This document shows positions 31,572 through 41,647 of a DNA stretch of 64,000 bases, piece by piece. The stretch spans positions 11,131-75,130 of the forward strand of contig CAVYAN010000101.1 of NCBI GenBank assembly GCA_963766075.1, written 5' to 3'. The translations under genes and the position numbers were made by a program. The notes under the pieces were generated by a model, which was not told the DNA's origin, made no database searches, and saw nothing but the letters and a program-made list of their open reading frames with translations. Positions within the stretch are counted from its first letter, which is position 1. Each line of letters starts with the position of its first letter. This DNA is from an uncultured cyanobacterium (GTDB lineage Bacteria > Cyanobacteriota > Cyanobacteriia > Leptolyngbyales > Leptolyngbyaceae).

Positions 31572-32032
31572 CACAGAATTTATATGATGGAATGATTATT
31601 TACTTATTTAGCCTCTTAAAAAATGAAGCCGAGAGTGGAATCTCGCAGCCATAGGCAGTTTTCACCTTGTTGTCCCAACTTTACAAAGATAAAGGTACCA
31701 GTTTTCACTGAACCCACGAGCAGGGAAAATACAGAATTTATGTGTAGTTTACGATTTGCGTTACTTCTCTTAATGCAGGCCTTACAAAATGCCCCGCCAC
31801 CCCGGCAGGCTGCTGAAATTTTATTTGTCGAATAGAATTACTGCCCTGGGTAGGCGGGTGCATGGGCGATATGGGTCCATTTGAATCTCTGCCCATACTT
31901 GCCTGGGTGCGCGTCCTGAGCGATTTCCCCACGATCGCTCCCGTGCCATGCCATAATAATCGCCCAGTTCCGTTAAACGCGCGCCTCTTATATATCCCTA
32001 TCTCAATTACCCCTGTCTCAATTTCTTTGAAA

Positions 32033-33124
32033 ATGCCTCAAGACATGATTCAAGCCCCTGCCTCTCCTGCTGCGATCGCCGGTCGCGTCATTACCAATCT
32101 GGACTTTGACATTGAAGAGCTGAGCTTTGATCTACCTGATCCCGACGATAAAACGATCTCTGAGCCAGACTTTCAGCAAAAAATCGAACGGGCATGGCAG
32201 GTGTGCGATCGCTTCGATTTGCAAAATGAAATTTGGCGGGGACGGATTTTGCGGGCAGTCCGCGATCGTGAAAAGTCCTACGGAGACGGGCGCGGCACCG
32301 GATTTCTCAACTGGCTGAAGGACCGAGACATCAGCAAAACCCGCGCCTATGCGCTAATTGAATTGGCTACGGGGGCCGATCAACTGCTGGGGGATGGCTA
32401 TCTTGAACAGGAAGATGTCAACCAATTCAGCAAGCAAGCCTTTATTGAAACCGCTAAGGCGGCCCCGGAAATCCAGCAGGTAATTGGTGATGCGGCCAAG
32501 CGGGGCGATCGCATCACCCGCCGCGAAGTCCGCCAAATTGCCGACGAATGGACCGCCATGTCCTCGGAACTCCTGCCCCACAGCGTGCGTGAAAAGGCCG
32601 CCGACCAAACCATTCCCATGCGCTATGTCGCGCCCTTTGTCCGTGAAGTCCAGAAATTGCCGGAGGTGCATCAAGATCCCCTGCGAGAAGCAGTCTCCGA
32701 AACGCCGGATATTGATACCCTGAAGCAAGTGACCGCCGAAGCGCGCTATTTGGCGAAATACCTGGAAGCGGCGGGCAATGTCCAGGCCCTAGACAATCCT
32801 TCTCTGAATTTGGAAATGGCCTTGGAAGAAGCGCTCCGCCTGGGATGTCTCAGTTCCACCGCGGATTTGGTCAATCAGGCGGCGAACCTCGAACAATTGC
32901 TCGTGAAACTTTACATGACCTGGCGGCGGGTCACTAGTTTGTCGGAGCGTGTGTATCTGGATAGTGGTTCCAGCACACCCCATCTGCGGACCCTGCTCAG
33001 TTGCCTGCACAATCTCTCCGGCAACGTGCTGGAAACGCCCTTGACCAGCGGTGGCGATCGCACCGTGCGCCTACAAATTCTCACTGCCGAAGCGGATGAT
33101 GAAATCCCGGTGGACATTGAGTAG
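32033..33124 (+). CDS. Conserved cyanobacterial hypothetical protein
   Basis: 363 aa, host-like composition with several HIP1 sites; AWQVCDRFDLQNEIWRGRILRAVRDREK...GFLNWL. Confidence 0.8.
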   Translation: MPQDMIQAPASPAAIAGRVITNLDFDIEELSFDLPDPDDKTISEPDFQQKIERAWQVCDRFDLQNEIWRGRILRAVRDREKSYGDGRGTGFLNWLKDRDISKTRAYALIELATGADQLLGDGYLEQEDVNQFSKQAFIETAKAAPEIQQVIGDAAKRGDRITRREVRQIADEWTAMSSELLPHSVREKAADQTIPMRYVAPFVREVQKLPEVHQDPLREAVSETPDIDTLKQVTAEARYLAKYLEAAGNVQALDNPSLNLEMALEEALRLGCLSSTADLVNQAANLEQLLVKLYMTWRRVTSLSERVYLDSGSSTPHLRTLLSCLHNLSGNVLETPLTSGGDRTVRLQILTAEADDEIPVDIE

Positions 33125-33153
33125 CGAGCATCCCTGGTGGAGATGAGGCGGCT

Positions 33154-34155
33154 ATGAGCAAACACAGGGCAGGAGCAAAGAAAACTGTGGGTTTCCGAAA
33201 ACGTGGGAGCCCGGGGGGTTGGCTAGGGCGGGGCTCCATTCGCATGACGATACTGTTGGCGGTTCTCCTAGTTGCTCTACTCATGACCCTGAGCTGGCTC
33301 AGCGGGCGGAGCGGGCAACTTTCTTCCATGCCGATACGGGCAGCCGCCACACCCGGTTCTGGCAGTCAACCTCCACGGCTGGACTATCGCCGGGTTCAGC
33401 ACTCTCAGGCAGTGGTTCATGTCCTGACTATTCCCCAGGACGGGCGTTACCTGGTCCGGCCTCAGGTGATGGCGGCCCTGCAAACGGTCGAGCAAGTGGC
33501 CCAAGCATCCGGGGCGATCGCCGTTCTCAATGGCGGCTACTTTGACCCCAGCAATCAAAAATCCACGGCCTTTGTCACCCGTGATGGCTTCACGGTGGCC
33601 GATCCCCGCACCAATGAAGGCGTGATTGCAAACGACAGTCTGAAGCCTGAACTCGATAAAATTCTGAACCGTTCGGAATTTCGACGTTACCAGTGCGGGG
33701 CGATCGCCCGCTATGCCATTGCCCGCCACCAAGATTCCCCCCCGACTGGATGTCAACTTGTGGATGCCTTAGGAGGCGGACCACAACTGTTGCCCGTCCT
33801 CACCGCAGAGGCGGAAAGTTTTTGGGGTCTGCGCCCCGGCCAGGAGGTCCGGGATCCCATTGGCCTGAATCAACCCAATGCGCGATCGGCCATTGGTATC
33901 ACCCGCGATGGTGCGATGCTCTGGGTGATGGTGGCTCAAGCCCTGCCAACCCAAGCCGGCCTGTCTGTTCCAGCGCTGGCTAGGCTGATGGCTGACCTGG
34001 GCGCTGTAGAGGCCATGAATTTGGATGGCGGTAGTTCATCGGCGTTGTTCTACACGGGCGATACCTTTTACGGCAAGGTAGACGATGCTGGACAGCGGGT
34101 CAAACGAGCGGTGAAATCGGTATTGGTGCTCACCCGAGGGCCGGCATCGTTGTAA
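33154..34155 (+). CDS. Phosphodiester glycosidase (NAGPA/DUF2233) family protein
   Basis: LNGGYFD, GGGPQL, NARSAIGI, AMNLDGGSSS, N-terminal TM. Start may be ATG 33244. Confidence 0.85.
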   Translation: MSKHRAGAKKTVGFRKRGSPGGWLGRGSIRMTILLAVLLVALLMTLSWLSGRSGQLSSMPIRAAATPGSGSQPPRLDYRRVQHSQAVVHVLTIPQDGRYLVRPQVMAALQTVEQVAQASGAIAVLNGGYFDPSNQKSTAFVTRDGFTVADPRTNEGVIANDSLKPELDKILNRSEFRRYQCGAIARYAIARHQDSPPTGCQLVDALGGGPQLLPVLTAEAESFWGLRPGQEVRDPIGLNQPNARSAIGITRDGAMLWVMVAQALPTQAGLSVPALARLMADLGAVEAMNLDGGSSSALFYTGDTFYGKVDDAGQRVKRAVKSVLVLTRGPASL

Positions 34156-34370
34156 TGAGCGTTGTGATGAGTTATTGCAAAATTCCGTAGATCCCAGGGT
34201 TTCTGGCCAAATCAGTTTAGAATTTCCGCAGTCGAATTCGTGTCTTTGCCGATCATGGCCCAGTCTGATAATTTCAGAGGTAGCGGTTTGTCGGTGGCAA
34301 AGTGCTGATTCAACCCATTTTTCTCAAGCAAATTTCCCCCCAAGCAATAAATTATCCAGAGAAATAAAAC

Positions 34371-34493
34371 ATGGATGTGAAATTGATTTTGTTGGCATTC
34401 ACCCCAGTCTTTGCGATCGCTTGCCTATTTTTTGGCACGCGCAACGGCTTTTACGACACTGATAAGTACCACGGCAACGGCTCCGCCCATTAA
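34371..34493 (+). CDS. ndhP: NDH-1 complex subunit P
   Basis: Hand translation: MDVKLILLAFTPVFAIACLFFGTRNGFYDTDKYHGNGSAH*, matching the NdhP C-terminal signature. Absent from the ORF track. Confidence 0.93.
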   Translation: MDVKLILLAFTPVFAIACLFFGTRNGFYDTDKYHGNGSAH

Positions 34494-34508
34494 TTTGGTG
34501 GGACAGCC

Positions 34509-36197
34509 GTGAGTGAACTCGAATGTCTAACTTACGGTGTCGGTCATGCCGAAGAAGGGGTTTGCTTGCTGGTGCGCCTTGGCCCCTATCGCGTGCTTCT
34601 TGATTGCGGATTGGCAGATCTGACTCCTTTGATAGCCGAGCAGCAGGGCGATCCGCCTGCGGATATTGTGTTGTGCAGTCACGCCCATCCGGACCATGCG
34701 CGGGGGCTGTTGGCGTTGCACAGGGCATTTCCGCAATTGCCGATCTATGCCAGTGAAGTGACAGCTCATTTGCTGCCGTTGGTTTGGCAAGATTCTGAGC
34801 CAGGTTCAGATGAGCCTGGGTCGTCTGGGTCGGGTTTGCCTGGGTCGGGCTTGCCAGGGCGATCGCTATTTTGTCAGGCGCTACCGTGGCGTACGCCAGT
34901 GGAATTTCTGGATGGTTTGAGTGCCATTCTTTACCCGGCGGGGCATTTGCCCGGAGCGGCGGCGGTTTTGCTAACCTATACACCGCCTACGCCGCCCCGG
35001 AGGCCCTCTCAGAGTTATACAGTCTTCTACACGGGAGATTTTTTTCTGTCCAATTCGCGATTGGTGGAAGGGTTTCCCCTGGAGGAATTGCGAGGACTGG
35101 CACCCGATGTGCTGATTGTCGAAGGCAGTTATGGCACCACCCGACATCCTCATCGACGGCAACAGGAAAATCAACTGGCCGAGCGGATTCACCGGGCGAT
35201 CGCTCAAAACCAGTCTGTACTCCTGCCCACTCCAGCCTTGGGTCTGGCCCAGGAATTACTGTTGTTGCTGCGCAGTCACCACCATTTCACCGGACAAGAT
35301 CTGGATATTTGGGTCGATGCCAGTATTGCGGCAGGGTGCGATGCCTACCTTGAGATTCTGCCTCATCTGCCCGCCACGGTGCAAAACTTTGCCCGTCACC
35401 AATCCCTATTTTGGGATGAAAAAGTGTGCCCTCGGGTGCGGCGGTTGCCCGGAGATCCTGACTTAAAGGCGTTATTCCTAGAAAGCCTGCGATCGCCCTG
35501 CATTCTACTGGCCGACATTACGGGCGATTTTAGTCCCTATCCCCTCGATGCCCTGGCGTCCTGGCTGATCCTCGCCCCCCAGGACGAACCGCCGCCTGCG
35601 CTCCCGCGTTCCCTGCCGCCAACCCCCTACTTTTTAGCCCAACATTGCGATGGTCCGGGTACAACTCAGCTGATCCATAATTTACGGCCCCAGCATGTGT
35701 TGTTTGTTCATGGCTCTCCTACCTATCTAACGGACCTCACGGGTTTGGAAGAGTTGCACAATCGGTATCAGTTGCATTTGCCTGCGGCCCTTAGTCTGGT
35801 GGAATTGCCGATCGGTGAAACCTTCCTGCAATCGATTGTGCCGGATATGAGCTACGAGGGCGAACTGGTGGAACTGGATACCCACGCGGTGATTCACTTG
35901 CCCGATGGCATTATGACGGATCCGCGTTGGCAAAAACTGGCGGACACTGGAATGATTGAGGCACGCTGGCAGGGGGATGAACTGGTGTTGCGCGGGATTA
36001 GTCCACAGGAACTGATTCGTGAACAGGGTAGCGATCGCCTGGTTGACTGGATGGATGCCAATTCCCCTTTACGCCAATGCTGCGCCAATTGCCGCCACTA
36101 TCGTGGGCAACGCTGCTGGAACCCCGACTCGCCCCTGTTTGAATTCAAGGTAACCGCCGAGGGATTCTGTCCTGTGTTTGAGGCGGCGCAAAGCTGA
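34509..36197 (+). CDS. Metallo-beta-lactamase / beta-CASP fold nuclease-like protein with Cys-rich C-terminus
   Basis: LLDCG, SHAHPDH, AGHLPGA, YTGD, EGSYG, FVHG; terminal CCANCRHY...C...C. Confidence 0.88.
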   Translation: MSELECLTYGVGHAEEGVCLLVRLGPYRVLLDCGLADLTPLIAEQQGDPPADIVLCSHAHPDHARGLLALHRAFPQLPIYASEVTAHLLPLVWQDSEPGSDEPGSSGSGLPGSGLPGRSLFCQALPWRTPVEFLDGLSAILYPAGHLPGAAAVLLTYTPPTPPRRPSQSYTVFYTGDFFLSNSRLVEGFPLEELRGLAPDVLIVEGSYGTTRHPHRRQQENQLAERIHRAIAQNQSVLLPTPALGLAQELLLLLRSHHHFTGQDLDIWVDASIAAGCDAYLEILPHLPATVQNFARHQSLFWDEKVCPRVRRLPGDPDLKALFLESLRSPCILLADITGDFSPYPLDALASWLILAPQDEPPPALPRSLPPTPYFLAQHCDGPGTTQLIHNLRPQHVLFVHGSPTYLTDLTGLEELHNRYQLHLPAALSLVELPIGETFLQSIVPDMSYEGELVELDTHAVIHLPDGIMTDPRWQKLADTGMIEARWQGDELVLRGISPQELIREQGSDRLVDWMDANSPLRQCCANCRHYRGQRCWNPDSPLFEFKVTAEGFCPVFEAAQS

Positions 36198-36312
36198 ATT
36201 CATTAAAAACACGGTGTGTGCATAGCTGCATAGACTGCTTTCATACTCAAACTCGGACGGGTGATCAGAATACCTGGCCCGCGTTTCAGTAGGCTGGCGC
36301 ATGAATTCTGCC

Positions 36313-37065
36313 CTAGTTTAGCCGTGAGACTGGCAGTTCGATCACCACAGTCTGTAAGCCATCCGAATGAGGTTCACAGGCGATCGCCCCGCCCTGAACC
36401 TGGATCTGGCGGCAGCACAGCACAATTTCCGTGGCAAAGCTGCGATCGTCCCTGGGGGCAAACCGTTGAGCTGTCACCCGCAGGGTAATGTGATTGCCTT
36501 GGGATGATACATTAAGCTGGACCGGAGCCTCAGTATATTGCAACCCTCTCGCCAATAAATCCGTGAGCGCCGCTTCTGTTAAATTGCGGTCGGCCATCAC
36601 AGGCGGTAGATCCGAGGGGATCGTACAGATCAAACGAGAAACATAGTCTGTCTGATCGGCATCAGCTTCAGCCGTGGTCCAGTGACGCGTCATCAATTGC
36701 AGTAGATCCTGTAAATCAAACGCTTCTAATTTAATATCAACCTTGCCCGCTTCCAGCTTTTGCAGCAGTAGGGTATCCGCCAACAGGTCACAAAGACTAT
36801 GGATTTCCTGCTGCACAGCCTCTAAACGGGTTTGCCACAGGACGGGATCTGCCGGGGCGGTGGCTAACTGCTGCACAGAAAAGCCCATAGCGGTGAGCGA
36901 TCGCCCTGCTCGCTGTTCTAAGGTGGCAATCACGGTCTGCTGGGCCGCCAAAAACTTTTGTAGCTTGGCATTTTCCGCCTGCATTGCCTCTAGGACAGTA
37001 GGCTGGGGCATTGCCACCGGGGGAGCCGAGGACGGTAGCACGCTGGTGAGACTGGACTGAGACAT
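36313..37065 (-). CDS. Degenerate histidine-kinase-like protein
   Basis: Coiled coil, LLLQKLEAGK, DLPPVMADRNL...LTDLLARGLQYT resemble HisKA/HATPase, but the H, N and G boxes are not intact. Confidence 0.7.
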   Translation of the reverse strand: MSQSSLTSVLPSSAPPVAMPQPTVLEAMQAENAKLQKFLAAQQTVIATLEQRAGRSLTAMGFSVQQLATAPADPVLWQTRLEAVQQEIHSLCDLLADTLLLQKLEAGKVDIKLEAFDLQDLLQLMTRHWTTAEADADQTDYVSRLICTIPSDLPPVMADRNLTEAALTDLLARGLQYTEAPVQLNVSSQGNHITLRVTAQRFAPRDDRSFATEIVLCCRQIQVQGGAIACEPHSDGLQTVVIELPVSRLN

Positions 37066-37149
37066 AGCGCTCAAAAAAGACTTGTCTTAATTCATGAACA
37101 TTTTTATGTAAATAATTGTAACAAGTTCTTGCCGACTTCTCCAAAACCT

Positions 37150-38133
37150 TTATTTTATCCCCGGATAGCGGGACTCCAAAGTGTGGGCTTCTGGAGCGAG
37201 AGATTCTGGCTTGAGGCTGGCCTGGGCGTTGCGCCGCAGCATCCAGGGTTTAATCCGGCGCAGCGCCGATCCCGTAAACCGAGTTTCGTAGTCGGCGTCG
37301 GATAGGTCAGCCAGTTCTGTGAGGGTGGGAGCAATGTTCCACGGGCGCGGGTAGAAGTCCGGCAAATCTGTCGGTTGGGCAAAGCGCTGGTTCCAGGGGC
37401 ACACGTCTTGGCAAATATCACAGCCTGCGACCCACCCCTGCAAATGGGGGGAGATCGCCGCGGGCAAGGTTTCTGCCCGATTTTCAATGGTGTGGTAGGC
37501 GATGCAGCGATTCGCGTCTACCACATAGGGCTGCGGAATCGCTCCCGTGGGACAGGCATCCAAGCAGCGAGTGCAGGTGCCACAGTGGGACAAATGGGGG
37601 CGATCGGGGTCCAATTCTAACGTCGTTAGCACCTCGCCCAAAAACACCCAAGATCCGTACTGCCGAGTGATCACGTTGCCATTTTTAGCAATCCAGCCCA
37701 ATCCCGCCTGCTGTGCCCAGACCTTATCCTGAATGGGGCCGGTATCGGCGTAGTAGCGCGATTGATGGTCGGGAGCCTGGGTCTGCAACCAGGCGGTGAG
37801 GGCTTTCAGCTTTTTGTGCAGGATGCGGTGATAGTCGCGGCCCCAACCGTAGCGGGAAATTTTGGCGGTGTTCGGATCGGATGGACGCTCTCCGGGGGCG
37901 TAATAATTCAGCGCGACACAAATGACGGACTGCACACCGGGCAACACTTGGGTAATATCCTGCCGCTTTGGGTTGGCCATCCAGTTCATTTCTGCCTGAT
38001 AACCGAGATCTAACCATGTCGTTAGCGCTGCCTGTCCTATTGCGCGGGTTTGCGCGTTCACGGTGGCAATTCCTACCTGGTGAAATCCAATTTCCAGGGC
38101 GTGTTGTTTGATTTGGGCTGACAAATCCATCAT
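37150..38133 (-). CDS. queG: tRNA epoxyqueuosine reductase
   Basis: [49 protein letters not shown]. Confidence 0.95.
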   Translation of the reverse strand: MMDLSAQIKQHALEIGFHQVGIATVNAQTRAIGQAALTTWLDLGYQAEMNWMANPKRQDITQVLPGVQSVICVALNYYAPGERPSDPNTAKISRYGWGRDYHRILHKKLKALTAWLQTQAPDHQSRYYADTGPIQDKVWAQQAGLGWIAKNGNVITRQYGSWVFLGEVLTTLELDPDRPHLSHCGTCTRCLDACPTGAIPQPYVVDANRCIAYHTIENRAETLPAAISPHLQGWVAGCDICQDVCPWNQRFAQPTDLPDFYPRPWNIAPTLTELADLSDADYETRFTGSALRRIKPWMLRRNAQASLKPESLAPEAHTLESRYPGIK

Positions 38134-38195
38134 TCCATCCTTGGGATCTCAGGCCGAGATCACTCTGAAGGTGATCGATCCTGCGGCGTCGGTTG

Positions 38196-38474
38196 TCATG
38201 GCTGCAAGGGGGATTTGCGTTTGAAGAGGGGTGACATACTCAGTCCAGTGACCAGCAGTCCGATCAGGCCCAGGCCGTTGAGCAGGGGATAAATGGCTTC
38301 AAGATGGAAGATCTCGCCTGTGTGCAACTTGAGTAACAGGCTGCGGGAGAGGCCGATCTTGAGGGACCATTCTCCTACTAGGGTCGTGGCCATGCCGGTC
38401 AACACCGTGAGGGCAAGGGGTAAACAAACCGCGATCGCCAAAGTCCGATGATATTTCCGAAGGGCACGTTTCAT
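38196..38474 (-). CDS. Small PepSY-associated TM-helix-type membrane protein
   Basis: RKYHRTLA...LTVLTG, LLKLHTGE, YPLLNGLGL...VTG: two conserved His and two TM segments. Confidence 0.75.
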   Translation of the reverse strand: MKRALRKYHRTLAIAVCLPLALTVLTGMATTLVGEWSLKIGLSRSLLLKLHTGEIFHLEAIYPLLNGLGLIGLLVTGLSMSPLFKRKSPLQP

Positions 38475-38678
38475 AGGAGACTTTCCGTAAGATGTTCAAG
38501 GGAGATTCAGTCTTGGTAGGTCAGCGTAATGACCCTCTTTTCAGATGCGTTACACCCAAATGTGTGATGCTCAAACGCACTTTTCTAGAATAGGACAAGG
38601 CCAGTAAAGAACTGGTAAATCTCTCCAGCACCTGCCGGCTCACGCGCATTCCTGCCAAGCGCATTCCCGCTAAGCGCG

Positions 38679-40145
38679 CTATGCCAAGCGGGGTAAGGTG
38701 ACTTGAAAGCAACTGCCGAGGCCCAGTTGACTCTTGACCGTGATGCTGCCGTGATGGGCCTCGATAATAGTTTGCCCGATCGCCAGTCCCAATCCCGTAC
38801 CGCCCGCTGGCCGTGATCGCGATTCATCTGCCCGCCAAAACCGGTCAAACACATGGGGTAACTGTTCAGTGGCAATACCAATACCCGTATCGCTGACGTG
38901 GACAATCGCGATCGCCGACTGTTGGGCCAGAGTCACCTGAATGCGCCCGCCCTGAGGGGTGTATTTAATCCCATTATCCAGGAGATTGGCAAACACCCGC
39001 TGCAATTGGTTGGCATCCCCGTATACCCAGCTTTCACAGGGCAGATCGGCCTGGAGCTGTATGCCCGCAGCGGTGGCTCGGGGCTCAAAAAACTCGACCA
39101 AATCCTCTAGGATTTCGTGGAGTGGAATTTTAATCGCAGCATTCGAGGGCTGGGAACTCTGGGTGTCTGCCCGCGCCAACAGCAATAAGTCTTCAACTAA
39201 ACGGCTGATTTGCTGAGTCGCTTGAGCCATGATGGTTAATTTTCGCAAATGTGTTGGATGCACCTGATCGGGATGGCTTTGCATGGCCTCCACCGCAATC
39301 TTCATCGCCGTAATGGGACTGCGTAATTCATGGGACGCATCAGCGGTAAATTGCTGTAGCTTCTCCATGTTCTGTTCAATGGGATGGAGCGATCGCCGGG
39401 TCAGCCACCAGCCTGTACCGCCGATGGATAGAGTGGCGATCGCGCCACCGACGCTCAATCCAATCAGCAATCGCTGCAAATCCGCAGCCATGACCCCGGT
39501 CGGGGTGCTGACTCTGACGTAGCCCTGGAGGGCTGCACGCTGCTTCGTGTCAATCCGAATCGTCAGGGAACGGATATCCCCGAGCTGTAACGGTTGAAAT
39601 TGGGCGACGAATGGCCGCAACGGCAGAGAGTTACCCGCCCGCGCTAGGCGCTGCCCGTTGACGTCAAACCATTCCACCATTTCTGAGCTTTTCATTACTG
39701 GGCTCTGGCGTAAATCTTGCCATGCCAAATCTAAATCTCCGTCTTGATCGATTTCGGGGGGCAGTCGATGATTGGCGGCGGTGGGATTCTTTTGGATGGC
39801 GGGAAGATTGTGTCGGGCCGCTTCTGCAATGATCTTCAACTGCTGATCGAGTTCCTGAGATAGGCTGTAAGCAAAGAATTGATACACGGCGATCGCAGAC
39901 AGGCCAATCACCAAAACCATGGCCCCCAAATAGGACAGCAGCAGTTTCAGACTGAGGGCCCGAAACTGCGATGACTGATACGCTGTTGGGCGGGATATGG
40001 GCGATCGGCGCTGCTGTCTCGCAGAGTCCCGCACAGAGCCCCTCACAGAGCATGGCCCAGTCGCAGTGCCTTTTGCCCTGGGTCTAAGCCTAAGCCATTT
40101 GCTTAAGCCGATACCCCAAACCGTAAACCGTTTCGATAACGTCAT
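38679..40145 (-). CDS. Membrane sensor histidine kinase (start uncertain)
   Basis: Two TMs, FTADASHELRSP, NLLDNGIKY, DTGIGI, FDRFWR, GTGLGL. Confidence 0.93.
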   Translation of the reverse strand: MTLSKRFTVWGIGLSKWLRLRPRAKGTATGPCSVRGSVRDSARQQRRSPISRPTAYQSSQFRALSLKLLLSYLGAMVLVIGLSAIAVYQFFAYSLSQELDQQLKIIAEAARHNLPAIQKNPTAANHRLPPEIDQDGDLDLAWQDLRQSPVMKSSEMVEWFDVNGQRLARAGNSLPLRPFVAQFQPLQLGDIRSLTIRIDTKQRAALQGYVRVSTPTGVMAADLQRLLIGLSVGGAIATLSIGGTGWWLTRRSLHPIEQNMEKLQQFTADASHELRSPITAMKIAVEAMQSHPDQVHPTHLRKLTIMAQATQQISRLVEDLLLLARADTQSSQPSNAAIKIPLHEILEDLVEFFEPRATAAGIQLQADLPCESWVYGDANQLQRVFANLLDNGIKYTPQGGRIQVTLAQQSAIAIVHVSDTGIGIATEQLPHVFDRFWRADESRSRPAGGTGLGLAIGQTIIEAHHGSITVKSQLGLGSCFQVTLPRLA

Positions 40146-40767
40146 CCCGGACTCCTGCTGCTTTGAGTTTTTGTCTCAGTCCCCGGAGATGAACTTTGAT
40201 CGTCTCTTTACCCGGTGGATCCTCCGATGACCACAGATGGTCAAGAATGGCGTCGGGGCGTAGAAGTTGCCCCGGACTACGCAAAAAGAGCTCCAACAAA
40301 CTGTACTCCTTGGGGGTGAGCGCCAGCAATTGCTGATCATAGGTCACCTCACAGGTGGCGGGATTTAAGTGCAGATCGCCCCACTCCAAAACAGGAAACG
40401 CGGCCACCCCACCCCGACGCAATAAAGCTCGCATGCGAGCCAACAGTTCTTTTAAGTCAAAGGGCTTGACGACATAGTCATCGGCTCCAATGTCGAGGCT
40501 GGCCACCTTATCCACACTGGTATCCCGCGCGGTCAACATTAACACCGGCATGGCATACCCAGCCTGCCTTATGTTCCGGCAAAGTCCGATGCCGTCAAGC
40601 TTGGGCAGCATGAGATCTAAAATCACTAAATCGTAGGGAAATGCCTGGATTAGGGCCCATCCGGCTTCGCCATCGATCGCCCAATCTACCGCATACCGCT
40701 GTTCTACCAGCACTTCAGCCAACGACTCGGCAATCCACGCATCATCCTCGACTAACAGAACCTTCAC
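40090..40767 (-). CDS. OmpR/PhoB-family response regulator
   Basis: LLVEDD, ILDLMLP, GADDYVVKPF, LTPKEY, IETVYGLGYRL. Confidence 0.95.
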   Translation of the reverse strand: MKVLLVEDDAWIAESLAEVLVEQRYAVDWAIDGEAGWALIQAFPYDLVILDLMLPKLDGIGLCRNIRQAGYAMPVLMLTARDTSVDKVASLDIGADDYVVKPFDLKELLARMRALLRRGGVAAFPVLEWGDLHLNPATCEVTYDQQLLALTPKEYSLLELFLRSPGQLLRPDAILDHLWSSEDPPGKETIKVHLRGLRQKLKAAGVRDDVIETVYGLGYRLKQMA

Positions 40768-40940
40768 AAGTCTGTCCCCACTCTGTGTATGCCCGAATGT
40801 TATGCCCGAATGTTATGCCAAAATTTGGGAGGCTGATTCTTCAGGATGCATGCATTTTGCCAAACCTGGGGCCATCTTTCCCAGATCTTTACCCGTTATC
40901 ACTGATCATAACGAAGGTTAAATTCGGATAGGAAACTTCT

Positions 40941-41405
40941 ATGAATCCATTGCAATCCTCATTAATTCTGGGTGCCGTCGTTTGGGGTTTAGCGAGCTGT
41001 AGTAGTCCTCAAGCCTCGACTCCAGACGCCTCGACTCCAGCCTCCTCCCCAGCAGCAACGGCCCCCAAGGCGTCTCCTAGCCCATCAGCCATGACGACAA
41101 AAGCGCCCGCCGGAGCAATGTCTGCCGCTTCTGCCGGCTTTACCGCGTTGCAGGGCGTGATTGCGCACACTAAAACAGCGATTGAGGCTGGAAATTTTGT
41201 CCAAGGAAAAACCGAATTCGACAACTTTGAAACGTCCTGGAAAACCGTAGAGGACGGAGTGAAAGCCAAATCAGGAGAGACCTACACCGCGATCGAAGAC
41301 GGCATGGACAAAGTAACTGAGGGACTCAAGAGCAAAAATAAAGCAGACGTTTTAGCGGGACTGCAAGCCTTGGATAAAAGCGTGGCGATCGCGGCCAAGC
41401 CTTAA
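40941..41405 (+). CDS. Lipoprotein with helical-bundle domain (DUF4363-like)
   Basis: Lipobox LASC, Pro/Ser/Ala linker, WKTVEDGVK...YTAIE. Confidence 0.75.
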   Translation: MNPLQSSLILGAVVWGLASCSSPQASTPDASTPASSPAATAPKASPSPSAMTTKAPAGAMSAASAGFTALQGVIAHTKTAIEAGNFVQGKTEFDNFETSWKTVEDGVKAKSGETYTAIEDGMDKVTEGLKSKNKADVLAGLQALDKSVAIAAKP

Positions 41406-41504
41406 GCGACTGTTGTAAGCCCTCGGCGGCGAGTAGTCACAGGCCAAGTTCTCGCACCGCCACGGCACGCCCTCACAACATACCGTCACACAAACGGCCA
41501 CTAC

Positions 41505-41542
41505 AAAAAAGGAGGCCTTGAGGGTTCTTCCCTCAAAGCCTC
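41505..41542 (-). terminator. Probable intrinsic terminator of acnB
   Basis: GAGGCCTTGAGGG/CCCTCAAAGCCTC stem, with A6 at 41505-41510 giving a U-tract on the minus strand. Confidence 0.7.
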
Positions 41543-41647
41543 ATCGAAAAGCTCCATCTAAAACTATGGACAGACAAGTCAAGGCTAACGTTGATGACAT
41601 TTTCTAAGGATGGCGTTTTCCCAGCGTTCGATGCTGGCCCCTGAGGC

